This document shows positions 24,443-37,700 of a stretch of 64,000 nt of DNA, one piece after another. Both the position numbers and the translations under genes were made by a program. The notes beneath the pieces were generated by a model that was given only the letters and a program-made list of their open reading frames with translations, was not told where the DNA came from and did not search any database. Every line of letters begins with the position of its first letter. Position 1 is the stretch's first letter. Source of the DNA: Paraphysomonas bandaiensis (taxonomy: Eukaryota > Protista > Chrysophyceae); the NCBI GenBank assembly GCA_965644295.1, contig CBFFRP010000439.1:1-64000 (forward strand). The letters run 5' to 3'.

Positions 24443-24695
24443 GTAGCGAACGTCTTATTAATTTATTATTAGCACTTAGCAATAGGCGTTTGAGAGTCCT
24501 ACAAAACACCAAAGAATGCAGTTGAGCCGTTATGGAATTCAGTGGAAGCGACAGCGTTTTTAACTTAGTAGGAATGTCTGAAAATTTAGTAGGCTCTGCT
24601 GCCATTTTATGTTTAATAGGAATGTCTTATTATTAGCAATATATAATATATAGGCGTTTAAGAGTCGGTGCTTACCTCTGATATCCCACTATTCT
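24443..24695 (-). mobile_element. Cluster of 5'-truncated retroposon tails
   Basis: Two to three variants of TAGTGAATGTCTTATTATTAGCAATAGGCGTTTAAGAGTC, the reverse complement of the family 3' end. Confidence 0.7.
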
Positions 24696-25357
24696 TTCAG
24701 AATGGATATGAGCAAGTCTGCTCATTTCAACTCCAGGGACAAGTAGTTGTGCATTCCCACCGTATTGTGCAATCGGTGTCAAATATGTGGTGTGGGAGCA
24801 GTTCTGAGGACCAAATGCCCGGATACCTGATACGACGTTCTCTTACAAAAGATGACTTCATCTAGTAGTGTGTGGTTTGGGGTTCATGGTTTGACGAAGT
24901 CTTGTCAAAGCTATATACCTACCTGGACGAGCCCCTTGAAAACCACGACTCAGTGATCAATAATGTGGTGTGCTTTTTATATGATTAGGGCTACATCTGG
25001 AATGCGGGATATCACTTCTGAAAGACGAGATGGGGAGGCCCTGCACAGGAGGTATGGACAACAACATCAAATACCCCCAGAGGAGTAAACGCAAGTCTGT
25101 AAAATGCCTGTATGCTTTATGGTGACGATGATGTCACTCCCCACCGAAGAACGCATAACCTAGAGGGAAGCGAGGTGCTACGAATGGAGTGCAAAGGGGA
25201 GAAACGGGGGAGTTAATTGACAAAGCAAAAGGAGCAGCTTGAAAGTATAAGAATACAACGGTATTATTACACTACTTCTTGATATTATTATATAGCTTGT
25301 TGCATAATATTATATACTTATCACTTTTTTGTCACATCAAAATTACGCCATGATATT

Positions 25358-26326
25358 GAGATATATTATTCAACCAAGTCAATTTGGTTGAATTTCCTAG
25401 TCATACTATTTTCGGTGTAAAAACCTAGTCAAAGCAATAAATGACTCAACCTAGCCAATTATAGTACTAAACCTAGTCGTTCTGATATCCATTGATTACA
25501 CATTGTGACTGTCTAAGATACGCGCACACACCACACAACATATTGATGGCTCGGAGAGCAGTTGTTTTGAGCTATACACTGCAGTGGTTGTGACCTGTAC
25601 ACTGCCTCATGGGCCATTGTGCTGTAGTGGATTCAGGTCCTCTGAATTGCAAGCGCATGGTTGTGCGACTATAGCCGCTGTTGGCCTTCCTGACTAGCCG
25701 TACATCACTTGAGAGGTATGTGCGAGACATATATTGTCTAGTGTATATATATACAATCTTGTGAGTACTAATCATTGTGTTATAGGTACCTCAGTACTAC
25801 TACTGTCCTCGGTTGTGGGAGAGTTGCCCCCTACTATATTTTTTCTCTGTGCAACTGCGTTACACTGTTGGCTAGGTGCATATTATTTGTGAGGTGTGTA
25901 CGAGATATATACTGTCCTGTACATATCTTAATTTTATCATCAGGACACTTTATTGTGAAGCGCCATTATGCCTGAAAGAATTTGCAGCAGTCCTTGCAAT
26001 AATTCGAGTACCTGGAGATATGTATATGCTTGGATTGGTGCTGGTATACAAGAGCGAGAAAGTGTTTCGATGGCAGCGTCGGCTCTCTGATGCCCCTGAT
26101 GAGATATTTGTCCATCCTCAGATGCTGAAATATATGATGTACATTGCATGCATGCAACGTTTGCTAGAGTATGCTCCCACGTTTGACTAGGTGAACACCC
26201 TATTCCACCTACTCAACCTAGTCATTGTAAAGTTAAAAATTTAATTATTTAATGACTAGGTTTTTACACCAATATTGGGGTGACTAGGAAATTCCACTAA
26301 ATTGACTAGGTCGAAAAATAGATCCC
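25358..26326. mobile_element. Non-autonomous Mutator-like (MULE) element, 969 bp
   Basis: ~74-bp imperfect TIRs starting with G; 9-bp TSD CATGATATT at 25349-25357 and 26327-26335; it splits a repeat that is contiguous at ~2925-3230. Confidence 0.85.
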
Positions 26327-26633
26327 CATGATATTGACCTCACAGGCGATAAGAGGCAAATTCTACGTTGCAGGCATAGGAGTTGCTGCTGAAAAAGCAG
26401 GAGCAAGAGCACAGAGAAGATGGAGCAGACGTACCTACCTGCAAGGAAACATTCGAACAATTCTAATACTTCTCTGAGCCAAACCATTAAATAACACTAG
26501 TTTGAAGTTTGAAACAACAAGATAAATAGAATTATTTTCATTGATCACACGTACACTGTTGTTGCTAAATGTTTCACAAGTAATATTACTCAGTATACTA
26601 TTTGATGCATTTACAGATTAAGCAAGGCTTCGG

Positions 26634-29379
26634 CTAACTGCTCATCTCAATCAATTCCATTGACCCCTCGCCCTGACTATTCACACCGATAGAAGACTCT
26701 ACATCGCCTTCATCCTCAACTGACGCCGAACTTACCTCACTGCCAAGAGACATTTGTCTAACGTGTGAAGGGTGACTATCAGTGTCACAAAATTCTGCCA
26801 CCGCTTCCCCAATTATATTCTTCCAATCATTTCGCTCTTCCTGATATGAGAAATACAGAACCAATATAAAATTTTTCATATGGGTAATGTGAGGAATTAC
26901 CTCGCTTACTGCCGCCAGAAAAATGACCTGGGACCTTTTCCGCAAGTTTCCAACCCAACCTGTAAAGCCATTTCCTGTGTCTGGTGCAGATTTATCAGTC
27001 GTATGCTTTGAGTTCCTCCAAACTCCTCCAGTCAGGAGTTGGGCTACTCGTGGTCCCCTGACAAGAGGTGGAGGTGTATACAATGCAAATTTATTCGGGA
27101 CAGGTCCAAAGGACCTGTTGAGAACCAGCGAGTTTGAAGTCAATATCATTGATCCCAGTTGCTTGGATGGCTTTTTCTGACTATCATTTTCACCAGCCTT
27201 GTCATAAAAGCTAAATACGCACTGCCGTGCCCCATCAGAAGAGATAGATAGAGACAGTTCACACCATCGTAACTTCCAGCTTGGACCGATAGTGCCACGC
27301 TTCATCAGCCAGCCAGCAGCAAGAACAACAGGAAGCTGGGTATTATCCAGACAAGAAAATGGCTCCGTGTACCGCACAATAATATTATTTGATGGGTCAA
27401 CCACTGCGTTAGACTCCACAGCACTGTTCCAAGAGGTCTTTGAATCTGACATACCCGATGGAAGCTTTTCATTGGCACTAATTGTGCGAGTCGCCTCCGT
27501 AGGAGTACCACTCTCTCCATCCGCATCTCCCCACACCGACCCCGGTCCCATAAAAGCTCTTTCACGTATAGTTTGGAGTACGTTTTCAATGGCACGTACC
27601 CAACACCGGCGACCGTCTTCATTGGAGGCGAGAAATATTCGTGGGCGCTGTCCAGGAGTTACTATCATAAACTTAAGACGGTGCAGGCGTCCATCCTCAC
27701 ATAGCACAGTTGTGTCATGTGTGAGTTGCATATGACCCCTTCGTACGGCAAGAGTGTCGTCTGTGTAATACGACACTGATTCCTTGGTAAGCACAATCCA
27801 ACGCCTCTTCCAACTCCTTACAACCTTCCCCTTTTTGCTAAGATAACCATCTAAAACACAAGTGGCAGGACTGGAGAGACACGATAGATCTCCTCGAAAA
27901 GACAGTCTGAGCTGTGAAACATGTGACAGAGCGTCAGGAATGCCATTCAGCTTTGCCAAGATAAACCTGTGATAGCCAGTAAAAAAAAATTATCGGGCCC
28001 CAACACTAACCTCTCTATATGACGAGCAGCCTCGAGAACATACCCGAGCGCTGCAGCAGTCTCATCTGATGACTCTGTAATCGCATATCTCATCAGGATA
28101 GTCATTGATGTAACCTCATCGCTCAGTAGAAGCTCGTCCTTTAGCTGCACATGGTCGACCAAAATACGTTATACACAACCGGAAGCCTACTATATACTTA
28201 CACTTATAAGCAGAGAGAGAATGAAGGCAGCGAGCTTGTATTGAATAGGTCCGATAGTAGTAAGGAATTCACTTTCGGTGCCAGCAGTGCAGCCAGGTAT
28301 ATCACTATCCTCGAAGAGGTAATCCCAAACCACAAACAGGAAGTTTCCTGCTGGAGGAAAAGTCCGCCCAAAGAGTAGACGTGTCCAACTCACGCAATAT
28401 AATTGCGGCTGGATAGCCGACGCCTGTGAACATCAATACATTGACTTTGCATTTAGATGCACTGAATGATAAAAGTACCTGCAAATGTGCCCATAGAACT
28501 GGATGTAAATCCTTCAGCAGCTCCTCCTGGATAAGAGTGAGAAAGTCTGCCCCAACACTGTGCCCATCCAAACCCTCGGGGCAATAAATAACCCCCAGTC
28601 CACGCCGCATAACGGCATCAAGAAGCCAGTACACGTCTGCTTCCGCATTATTTTCACCACAGAAGCATGCCCGACCCCAGTCCCCAGCGTTTCCTTCACT
28701 ACACTCACTCCGCCAAGCCTCCTCCTCCCATTCTACAGCCAGTAGCAACATCGCACAGACCTCGTGCATGCCTAATACAAAACAATGAGCATGTAAAAGC
28801 AGAATAATTCAAAAGGGTAACACACACTGACCCTGGCGATAGTATGGGGGATTAGCTGCACACCACACTGACAGCACATCACGCAGCAGCTGTTGCCGAT
28901 AGTCTGACTGAAAGTAGTCGTCAGATATGCCGTCAATGAACAGTCTGCACATGTCCTTATCGACCAGCACACGATCAAGCAGCTGATGTGAGTTGTAAAA
29001 CAGTCAGTCGTCAGCAGCAGCAGAGAGCAGGCGATACGATACCTTCCCATAAAACAGCTTCTCGACCTGTGCGGGATCACTGACAGCACCAGCAGCAGTA
29101 CAAGCAGCAGGGGCGGGACCGTGTTCTTCATAGAATACTCTCTTCCTCACACTGTACTCCTCCCTCAGCGACCTCAACTCCTCCTCCCAGTCATGAGGGT
29201 ATCGGGATTGCAGAATGTTTAGATTGAGCCTCCAGTGGATGCCTCGAGCAGCATATGAGAATAGCTCTGCACACATCCAGACATGAGCACTACAAGCTAC
29301 ATACACACCACCGTAAACCTGAACTACCGAAAATACAGCCGCTGAACGCCTCAAGAATAGAAGATGATTTTTCGCTCAT
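26634..29379 (-). CDS. Rab-GAP TBC-domain protein (TBC1D5-like N-terminus) with two PH domains
   Basis: TBC motifs VDKDMCRLF, YRQGMHE, EADVYW, WTRLLFGR, VWDYLF; PH motifs GYLSKKG..WKRRW and GWLMKRG..WKLRW. Confidence 0.88.
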
Positions 29380-29868
29380 AGATGTACGCTGGATGAGTCT
29401 CTACTGGGTCTGTTGTCGACTAGTACACACCCTCACAGTGCTGAGAGGAAGTTAATGTCACTGCCATAGAGCACACGCACTGTGTATCTTACGTATATGT
29501 ATGTGCTTCTTGTAATTCACTTACTGAGTCCACATGATCACTTCACCTCACTTCGCTCATGCATTTTCCTCATATGTTAACATCAGGCAGATGCTGCCTG
29601 TGGATCCACTCCATACTAACAAAATACAGTTAATACTGCTGCTGTAGTGTATTGGGAATACTGTATGAAGCGGTATACCGTAAACGTATACCGTTATACG
29701 GAGGACTGTTGTGTTTTCGGCTGTAACTTCTCAGGGCTTCTTGCCGTATCGTCATCTCCATGTACGTACATGTACATACATATATGCATGTAAGCATATG
29801 GAGAGAACACAGAGAAGAGAAGATGCATGTCTGGATGTGATCCGCCTGTCATTCGATTGAAGTGAAGC

Positions 29869-32800
29869 ATGGGAGAGGAGCGGAGTATAGCGGATCTGGT
29901 GACGGGTCTTGATGATGACCTGAAGGAGGAAGAGTTCCATGAGGTCCCCTCCCCTGATAACGATGAGGGGGAGCCTGTGGACGACAGCTATATGTTTGAA
30001 GAGGAGGAGAAGGACAGCGACCCCACTGACTACACCAACTTGATGGACCAGTACATCGCTATGCTTCAGGAGAGCTGTGAGCAGCTGTCGAAGATAGACG
30101 GCGGATACAGGGGGAAGCTACAGGCCTACATCGACAAGCGGACAGAGGAGTCGGAGCTGTATCGTGATGTTGCTCTGACGAAGACTGTTGGAGCTGACTG
30201 TAATATGCAAGAAGTCAGTCGTCATACTTCGCGCAGGCGTTGGAAGTCCACCACTAACATATATGGGCCGGCGTGGAAGCGTGAAATATTACGCAAACCT
30301 CGGCCAAAGATTAGAGGGCTTACCGCAGAAGAGGCTAGAAGAGTGAACAAAAATAGATCCGATAGAGAGCTTTGGAACAAGATCTTGTTAGTTTTCTCTT
30401 GATTATGATGGTGTTGTCACGTATACTATTGTAGGGCTGGTGTAGAAGGACAGAAGGATGACAAAGATATTCCTCTCTCACAGCTGGAGTTAGAGGAACA
30501 GGCGAGGAAAAATTTGAAAGAAGGTTTTAATAGACATGATGTTGCTCGTTTTACCTGTGTTTGATCATTGCAGGAAAGTTTCATCTCTTGCGTAAGATAC
30601 CTACCAAATACGAACAGGAAAAGTCTACTAACCGATGGAGTCGTGGAATTTTTTTCCCATGGGAGCTCGACAAGAGTTCCACAGAGTTTCCTTACATTCA
30701 TGCTATTGATACGGATGTTAAGCCTAGCTCCAACGTTATTAAGGTATCTTATCTTGATTCATATAAGCATTGCTTGATGTGACGCTGGGTATGACATAGG
30801 ACTATGTGCCGTATTCCAGATACAATGAAAGAGACAACTCTACGAATACTTTTGTGTACAATGGGGCTTCGACTGTACGTTGCGTCGGCGTTTGTGTGCT
30901 ATTTAACTGAACTATATGTAGCTGAAGGATGGGTTCACAGTACATTGGAGAATGATGTGTCTCGCTAAAGCTGACAAGGCTCTTGCCGAGGTAATAAGCG
31001 TTGACACGTGAAATTTCTTCCATCGTCTAATATCTGTGCTATACGACCTGCTATTCATAGGCGAAAGAGCGCAAGAGACTGGCAGCGATTCAGCGGGAAG
31101 CTGATGCCAAAGCAGCCGACAGAGCACGACGAAAGTAAGAGGTGTAAGCTATACCTGTGGCAGTGCATGACATGTTATAGGAACGAGAAGTTGCGAACGG
31201 AAAAGGACGTTAAGGCTCTCGACTTATATCCTGAGAACTGGGCTGTGAACTCTGTGTCGGGTGTGTGAATGTTTCGTTGTTCTTATGTTACCTGACATTT
31301 CTTGTGCACAGAGTCCAGCCCTGATACGAGCACCTTTCATAGCGGCCTCAAGGACGTATCAGAGCGGAATTCTGGTGAGGTGTGTCAGACACACTATGAT
31401 AAGCTCACATATTATCAGGCGATAACAGTTTGAGTGAGCTTCCTTCTTATTTGGAAGAAGGTAGTGAAGAGGCAATGGAGCAAGAAACACGTGTCAGACG
31501 GCGCAGGCGTCGCAGCAGAGAGGTGTGGAGTTTTACGAGACTGCTGACGTTTTTGGGGCTGGGAGCGCGTAATGACATGGACACAGCACCGCGACACGAG
31601 CTGGTTCCTTTAGAAAAAAATTCTAATCAATTCGCTGACTCTATGACTCTGGGGACTCATTCTCATGCTGGTGAAAAGGCCAGCGTGGATGCTGAGCGGA
31701 TGCTAGGTGATGATACACACGATAATATTACCCACGGGGATGGCTGTGTGAATACTGAGGTGGTTACGAAGTGTGTATTGGAACTAGTCTGATATCTACA
31801 CTTTGCAGTCAAAGGGACCGAAGGACGCCACAACTGTGGATGAGGGCATGGGGCCGGATGTAGCACAGAACTATAAAGACACAGAACGGGGTGAGTTGAC
31901 GATACACGTTGAGATGATGTGGTATTACTGAATGTGATCCTGTAGGCCAGTCAGTTGGAATGCGAGGTCGAGCTAAAAAAGTGTATCTGCTGTGGATGGC
32001 TCAGCTGTTAGCTATGTTACGACGAACTTTTATAAAAGCCAAAGTTAAACCTGTCGTCGAGAAAGACGCTGTTGACAACGGAAATAAAGTTAGTGCGACT
32101 AAGGATGACAAGCCTCCGAAAACAACACATTCACCACCACGGCGCGAGAAGATTGATAACGATTCCGTGATGCAACCGTCTATTGCGGGAAAGTTTACTG
32201 TTGCTGGTTCCACTACGAGTAAACCCAACTCAAAAAACAAAAGTGGAGATGGAATTATTCGCAAAAAGGACGTATTTGCTGTGTGCACTGTTCCACCCCC
32301 TCCGATGAAAAAGAAGAAGAAGAAACCGAAGAAGAAAAAAGACGATGAGGGTGAACAACCCAAGGAGGAGGTTGGATTTTTTGGGAAGGTAGTGTCATCT
32401 ATATATCACTAATGGTGGTTTCCGTTTACACCTTTCTCAGATACGAGAGGCATTCCTCACTCGAAAGCATGCCTTTGCGGAGGAGTTCAAGATGAGAGAA
32501 GAAAGCGACGAGTATAACAAGGTAAGAATAAAGTCGTCGCGTATCTGTGAATTGATGTCGTACGAAGAATCTTTTCGCTGCACCTCCGAGTGTAGCTGAT
32601 AGGCACTTAGTGGAGACTCTATTCACTGTACGATCTATGCGACGCGCCACTGCAAGGAGAATTCGACTTGTGAAGAAGGTGTTTTCATTGGGTCTTGCAG
32701 GTGCTGACCCTGAGGACGACGCATATTGCGGTATGTAAAGGTACCAATGATAACAAATTCTTACTAACATATATGCAGCGGATGATCTCAAACAAGCCGC

Positions 32801-34035
32801 TGTATTCGGACATTATGAGAAATGCGTTGATATTATGGACCATTGGAGTGAAATATCTCCGAATGCAAGATGTGAAGTGAGTTGATCATCTACGTATATG
32901 TGTTGTGCTCTGAAATATAATGCGTGGCATAATATAAAGGCTGGAGATACCCCCTTTTATGCGGCCTGCTTGAAGGCGCTACAGGTATGGCTTAAGGTTG
33001 CACAGACAGGGGAGCAATGACGCGCTCTTTTTTTCTAGGGGGAGCCCGAAGTAGAAACAGATGAATACGTTGTAAATGTCGGGTTGATAGGATTGTACGT
33101 ATCAATACTAACTGCCTCACATATCTCATTCTTGACACGTAACGACAAATAGATGGAACAAAATGAAAAAGTGTCTGAAGAAAAAACGATTTAAAAAAGG
33201 GAAAATTGACCTTGTTGTGAAGATTTTGTACTACAAGGGGGGAGATGTCAACGTAGTGGCTTTGGACAGAGGTGATGGCGACGGCTTGGCTCTAATTCAC
33301 GTTGCTGCGGAAAAAAACATGGGTGAGCTACACTCGATGATCTGACTTGTTTCCATGATATTCACTTTGTAGTTGATCTTGCAAAGTGGCTACACGCAAG
33401 GCAGGTAAATGTGCACCAGGAAACAGCAACTCTAAAGAGAACGCCGCTTATGGTCGCTGCCAGAAAGTGAGCAACAATACGAGGTTTGTGTTCATTTTGC
33501 GTAACTGTGTTGGTAGGGGACATGGAGACATGGTTCATCGATTGTTGCATATGGGCGCAATAGATACTATCAACAAGCAAGATGCTGAGGGGTGGACAGC
33601 GCTGCATTTTGTTGCTACCTACTGTGACCCAGAGTATGTAGAGGTGAGTAAACATTTCACAACTGTCACCTCCTGATGAGGGCAACAGATGATGATGATA
33701 TGCGGAGCAAATATGAGCATACGGAACAAAGGAAATCGCCTCCCTCTGGAGGAAGCGCAGGTTAGAATTGTTCTATGTAATTGGCGCTTCACTTTGACCA
33801 GTTTTTATACAACACATAGACAAGGGGCCGAATGGAATGTGTGCAAGCAATAATGACATATAAGGATAGATCAAGACTCTATCGGCACCAAATATCGTAT
33901 TTTAACGAAGAGGTACTCAACGGTAGAGTGGGGGGTGAAAGTGTAAAGAGCGGGTCTAATCAAGGGAAAAGTATAGCTGGATCAATAGCCAGTGGATTTT
34001 TGTCTCTCTCTCGCTCTAATAGCATGAAGAAGTAG
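29869..34035 (+). CDS. Large multi-exon protein with C-terminal ankyrin repeats
   Basis: Many in-frame GT-AG introns; ankyrin motifs GDTPFYAAC, LIHVAAEKN, TPLMVAAR, GWTALHFVA. Confidence 0.8.
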
Positions 34036-34748
34036 ATTTCTATGTATGTTAAAAGTGGTGTAAGTAATGTAAAAAGCTTTAGGGGGGTTTAAACTTTGGT
34101 TCGTAGCTTACACTTTTGATCATTTAAGCTTGTGCTGCTATATATTAGGCTTGCGTGTCAATTAATTGGTTTAACATTGATATTTGCCATTAGCTACTGA
34201 TCGTAGGTACAAATCCGTTACCTACTAGCACAGAAGAGGTAGTTGGATGTATGTGCACAGTGCAAAGCCACTTTACCATTTTTAATTATAATTTTGTGAC
34301 AATATAAGGGTCAGTGTACACTTAAACCTCAGTACGCAAGAGTTGTAACAAATTGAGCACATCCGCAACAATAGTACATGCTGGTTGTCTTGAAACATTC
34401 AAGTAGTGTGAATGCCATAGTGCATCCTGGGGACCACAACTTGTCTACTTGTCGCTATATCACAATTAATGCGTGTGCAGTGTGCAACAAGGCAACAATA
34501 ATCAATAATGGAATAGAACCATTGGATATAGTGGATAGCGATACCAATCATTACTACTTATTCATCAGGATGACATCATGACATGTAAAATGTAAACACC
34601 TCAACAAAGTCGGACTCGCACCTTTTCGTAGTGTTATGGGGTATAAGTACTGGAGATATTTCTCTGGGAAACTAACGTTTGCCGCATATATAGTCAGCAG
34701 ATATTTCACTGTCCACTATACCCCAATGTTCATCTGAAGGACTCAGAA

Positions 34749-37700
34749 TATTAATTTACGCTTTTAGTTAGTGCAATATTGACTGATTGATATTATAGGA
34801 GATATAGTAAGTTTATGATGTTGTAGCCCTGTGAGTTAGGAACCACGTCATTCACCAACATCAACATTCTGTTCTACAAATCATATCTTTAACAGCTACT
34901 ATATTTTCAGTTTCTTTGTATACTTGTAATAGCTACTCCTATACTGTAGTCATGTATATTCTGTATTTCATTGCTACATAGAATACAGGATAACTACTAG
35001 CGATTGACTTTACCAAACTTCAAGTACGCACGTAGGAGTTGGTTGTAGTTCAATACTCCCACTCAATGAACATATCAGAATATACTGTGATGAGCAAGTC
35101 TACTTAGTGCGATACCATAGTGTGCACATGCTGATAGTGCAGCTTCTCGGACAAGGCTTTAGTCATCACGTCTGCTGTCATCTCTGCCGTTGGCACATGA
35201 TTCAGCCTGACGATACAGCCTCCCACTTGCTCTCGAATCCAATGATACTTGATCCGAATATGCTTGGAACGTTTATGATTTACCGGGTTCTGAGCTAGAT
35301 CAATCGCACTCTTGCTGTCCATATTCAAGATTGTTGGAGACGCATTCTTACTGAGCTCAAATCCACGAATTCCGAGCTCTGTCATCACCCCTCGTATCCA
35401 TACAATCTCCTGAATTGCAGCATATGCAGCCATATATTCAGCTTCCATAGTCGACGTAGCCACTGTTGGCTGCAGTCTGGACTGCCATGCAATTGGAGCA
35501 CCCCACAGATATACGATATACCCTGTAGTGGATCTGCATGTATCCAGATCTCCGGCCCAATCTGCATCAGAGTACACACATAGAGGGTCTTCATCTGTGA
35601 AATTAGGAAATATGATACCTTGATCAACTGTATTTTCTAAATACAATAAAGTATGCAGAGCAGCTTGACATGCAGCGTACGTGGGTCTTGTGGTGAACCG
35701 GGAGAGAAGATTTACTGTATATGCCATGTCTGGTCTAGTATGCACTGCCAAATACATTAAGGCACCAATAACAGATTGATAGGGAAATGCATCAACGTAT
35801 TCTCTCTGTTTTCGAGTTTCTTCCTCTTTTGCATCCTTGGACAACTTTAGGCCAGGTGGTAGAGGTGTGGTTGCCTTGCACCGTCTCTTCTTTTCTGACA
35901 ACAAGTGATTGAATCTGGCCACAACATCTTTAGCATATGCAGACTGATGTAACTTAATCTGGCCATTATGACGCTCAATGGTAAGACCTAAATAATGCTT
36001 AAGGTCCCCCATATCTTGCATGGCATATTGAGTCTTAAAGGCGCTGATGACTTCTTCAATATGACGGCTGTCAGAGCTGAGCACAATGATATCATCTACA
36101 TACACAAGTATCATATGTAGGTTATCATCAGTACCCTTGAGTACAAATAAACATGGGTCAAGAACACATTGTTTATACCCCATCGCCTTTATACTGTCCT
36201 TCAGCATTGAATGCCAATTTCGAGGCGCTTGTTTTAGGCCATACAAACTCTTCAGAATCTTCAAACAACAGCCTTGTGGAATATCTATTCCTGCAGGTGG
36301 AGACATAAACACGTCTTCGTCCAGATCTGCATACGGAAATGCCGTTTCTACATCGAGTTGACGGAGTTGCAGATTGTATCGCAGAGCCAGTGCCAGTGCT
36401 AGCCTAAATGATACACCTTTAGCTACTGGGGAGAATGTCTCATTATAGTCGACTCCTTGTTCTTGAGTAAACCCTTTCGCCACAAGTCGAACTTTGAACT
36501 TCTTAATTTTTCCAAGATGGTCGCGCTTTACTTTAAAGACCAATTTAGATTTTATGATTTTTCGGTGTTTCGGCCTTCGGACAATCTTCCAGCATGTCCT
36601 TCGTTCAAGCTTGTGCACCTCCTTCCTGGTAGCTTCAATCCAGTATGTTCTCTGTGGAGTCTTCTTTGCTTCTGCCAGCGTCTGTGGCTCTTTAATTGTG
36701 CTGTTGGAGGAATCAAGAAACAATGAGACATCGCCGAGGACACCAACGTTAACAATGTGCCGTTTTTTTCGAGGTCGTTTTTCAGTTCTGGGATTTCGAT
36801 CTGCCCCACCTGTTGAAGATGCGCCCCGATTTGAGCGGTCAGGAGTCCTCTGTTCATTGTCACTGTCATTACAAGTCTGATCCAACTCATTTCGCAAACT
36901 ATTAAACTTGTCGGTCTGACACTTTGTAGAGTGAGTCATCTTTACTACATCTTTGATATGAATTGGAGTTTGCTCCTCGGTAGTATTTCCTTTCATATCT
37001 AATCTCCTATATGCAACAATGACTCCTCTTCTCTCTATCACTCTGGTGGTAACATAACACAGGTGTCCATCAAGATGTCTGAGGCCCACCAGGTACTGAT
37101 AGTCATTTACACTCTCTGCTGTTTCTGAGGTGTCGATTTGTAGATTATCTATTTCGTCGAAATACTCCTGTGAACGCTCTGGAATTGACTCATCAAACTG
37201 TGCATTGACTGCAACAATAATAGCATTCAGGTCTGGAATATATATTTGGTGTCCAACAGGTTGTTGACATTGTCCCATATAGTATCCAGGTTTTCCCTTT
37301 TCTTTCCACTCTTTGCGGCGCTGCTCCTTCGGCACAATAGCCCATGCCTTGCAGCCCCAGATCTTCAAGTCACTCACATCTGGTGCGGTTCCAGTAATAT
37401 ACTCAAAAGGTGAGATGTATCCTTTCGTTGTCTTCGTAGGTAACCTGTTGATCAGATATACAGCATGCAAGACTGCTTTGAACCAAAATACTGATGGCAT
37501 GCCACTATCGAGCAATATAGCAAGGGCCATCTCCTTCACTGTACGATTAGTGCGTTCCGATAGCGAATTCATTTCGGGTGTGTCACGTGGAGTCCAAGTA
37601 ACCTGTACAGTCCTTGTGCTGGTGGTTTCACGTAAGTACTGCCTGACATGTTGCCCTACTAGTTCTCCTGCGCCATCTGCATGATATCGTCGTAGTTGCA

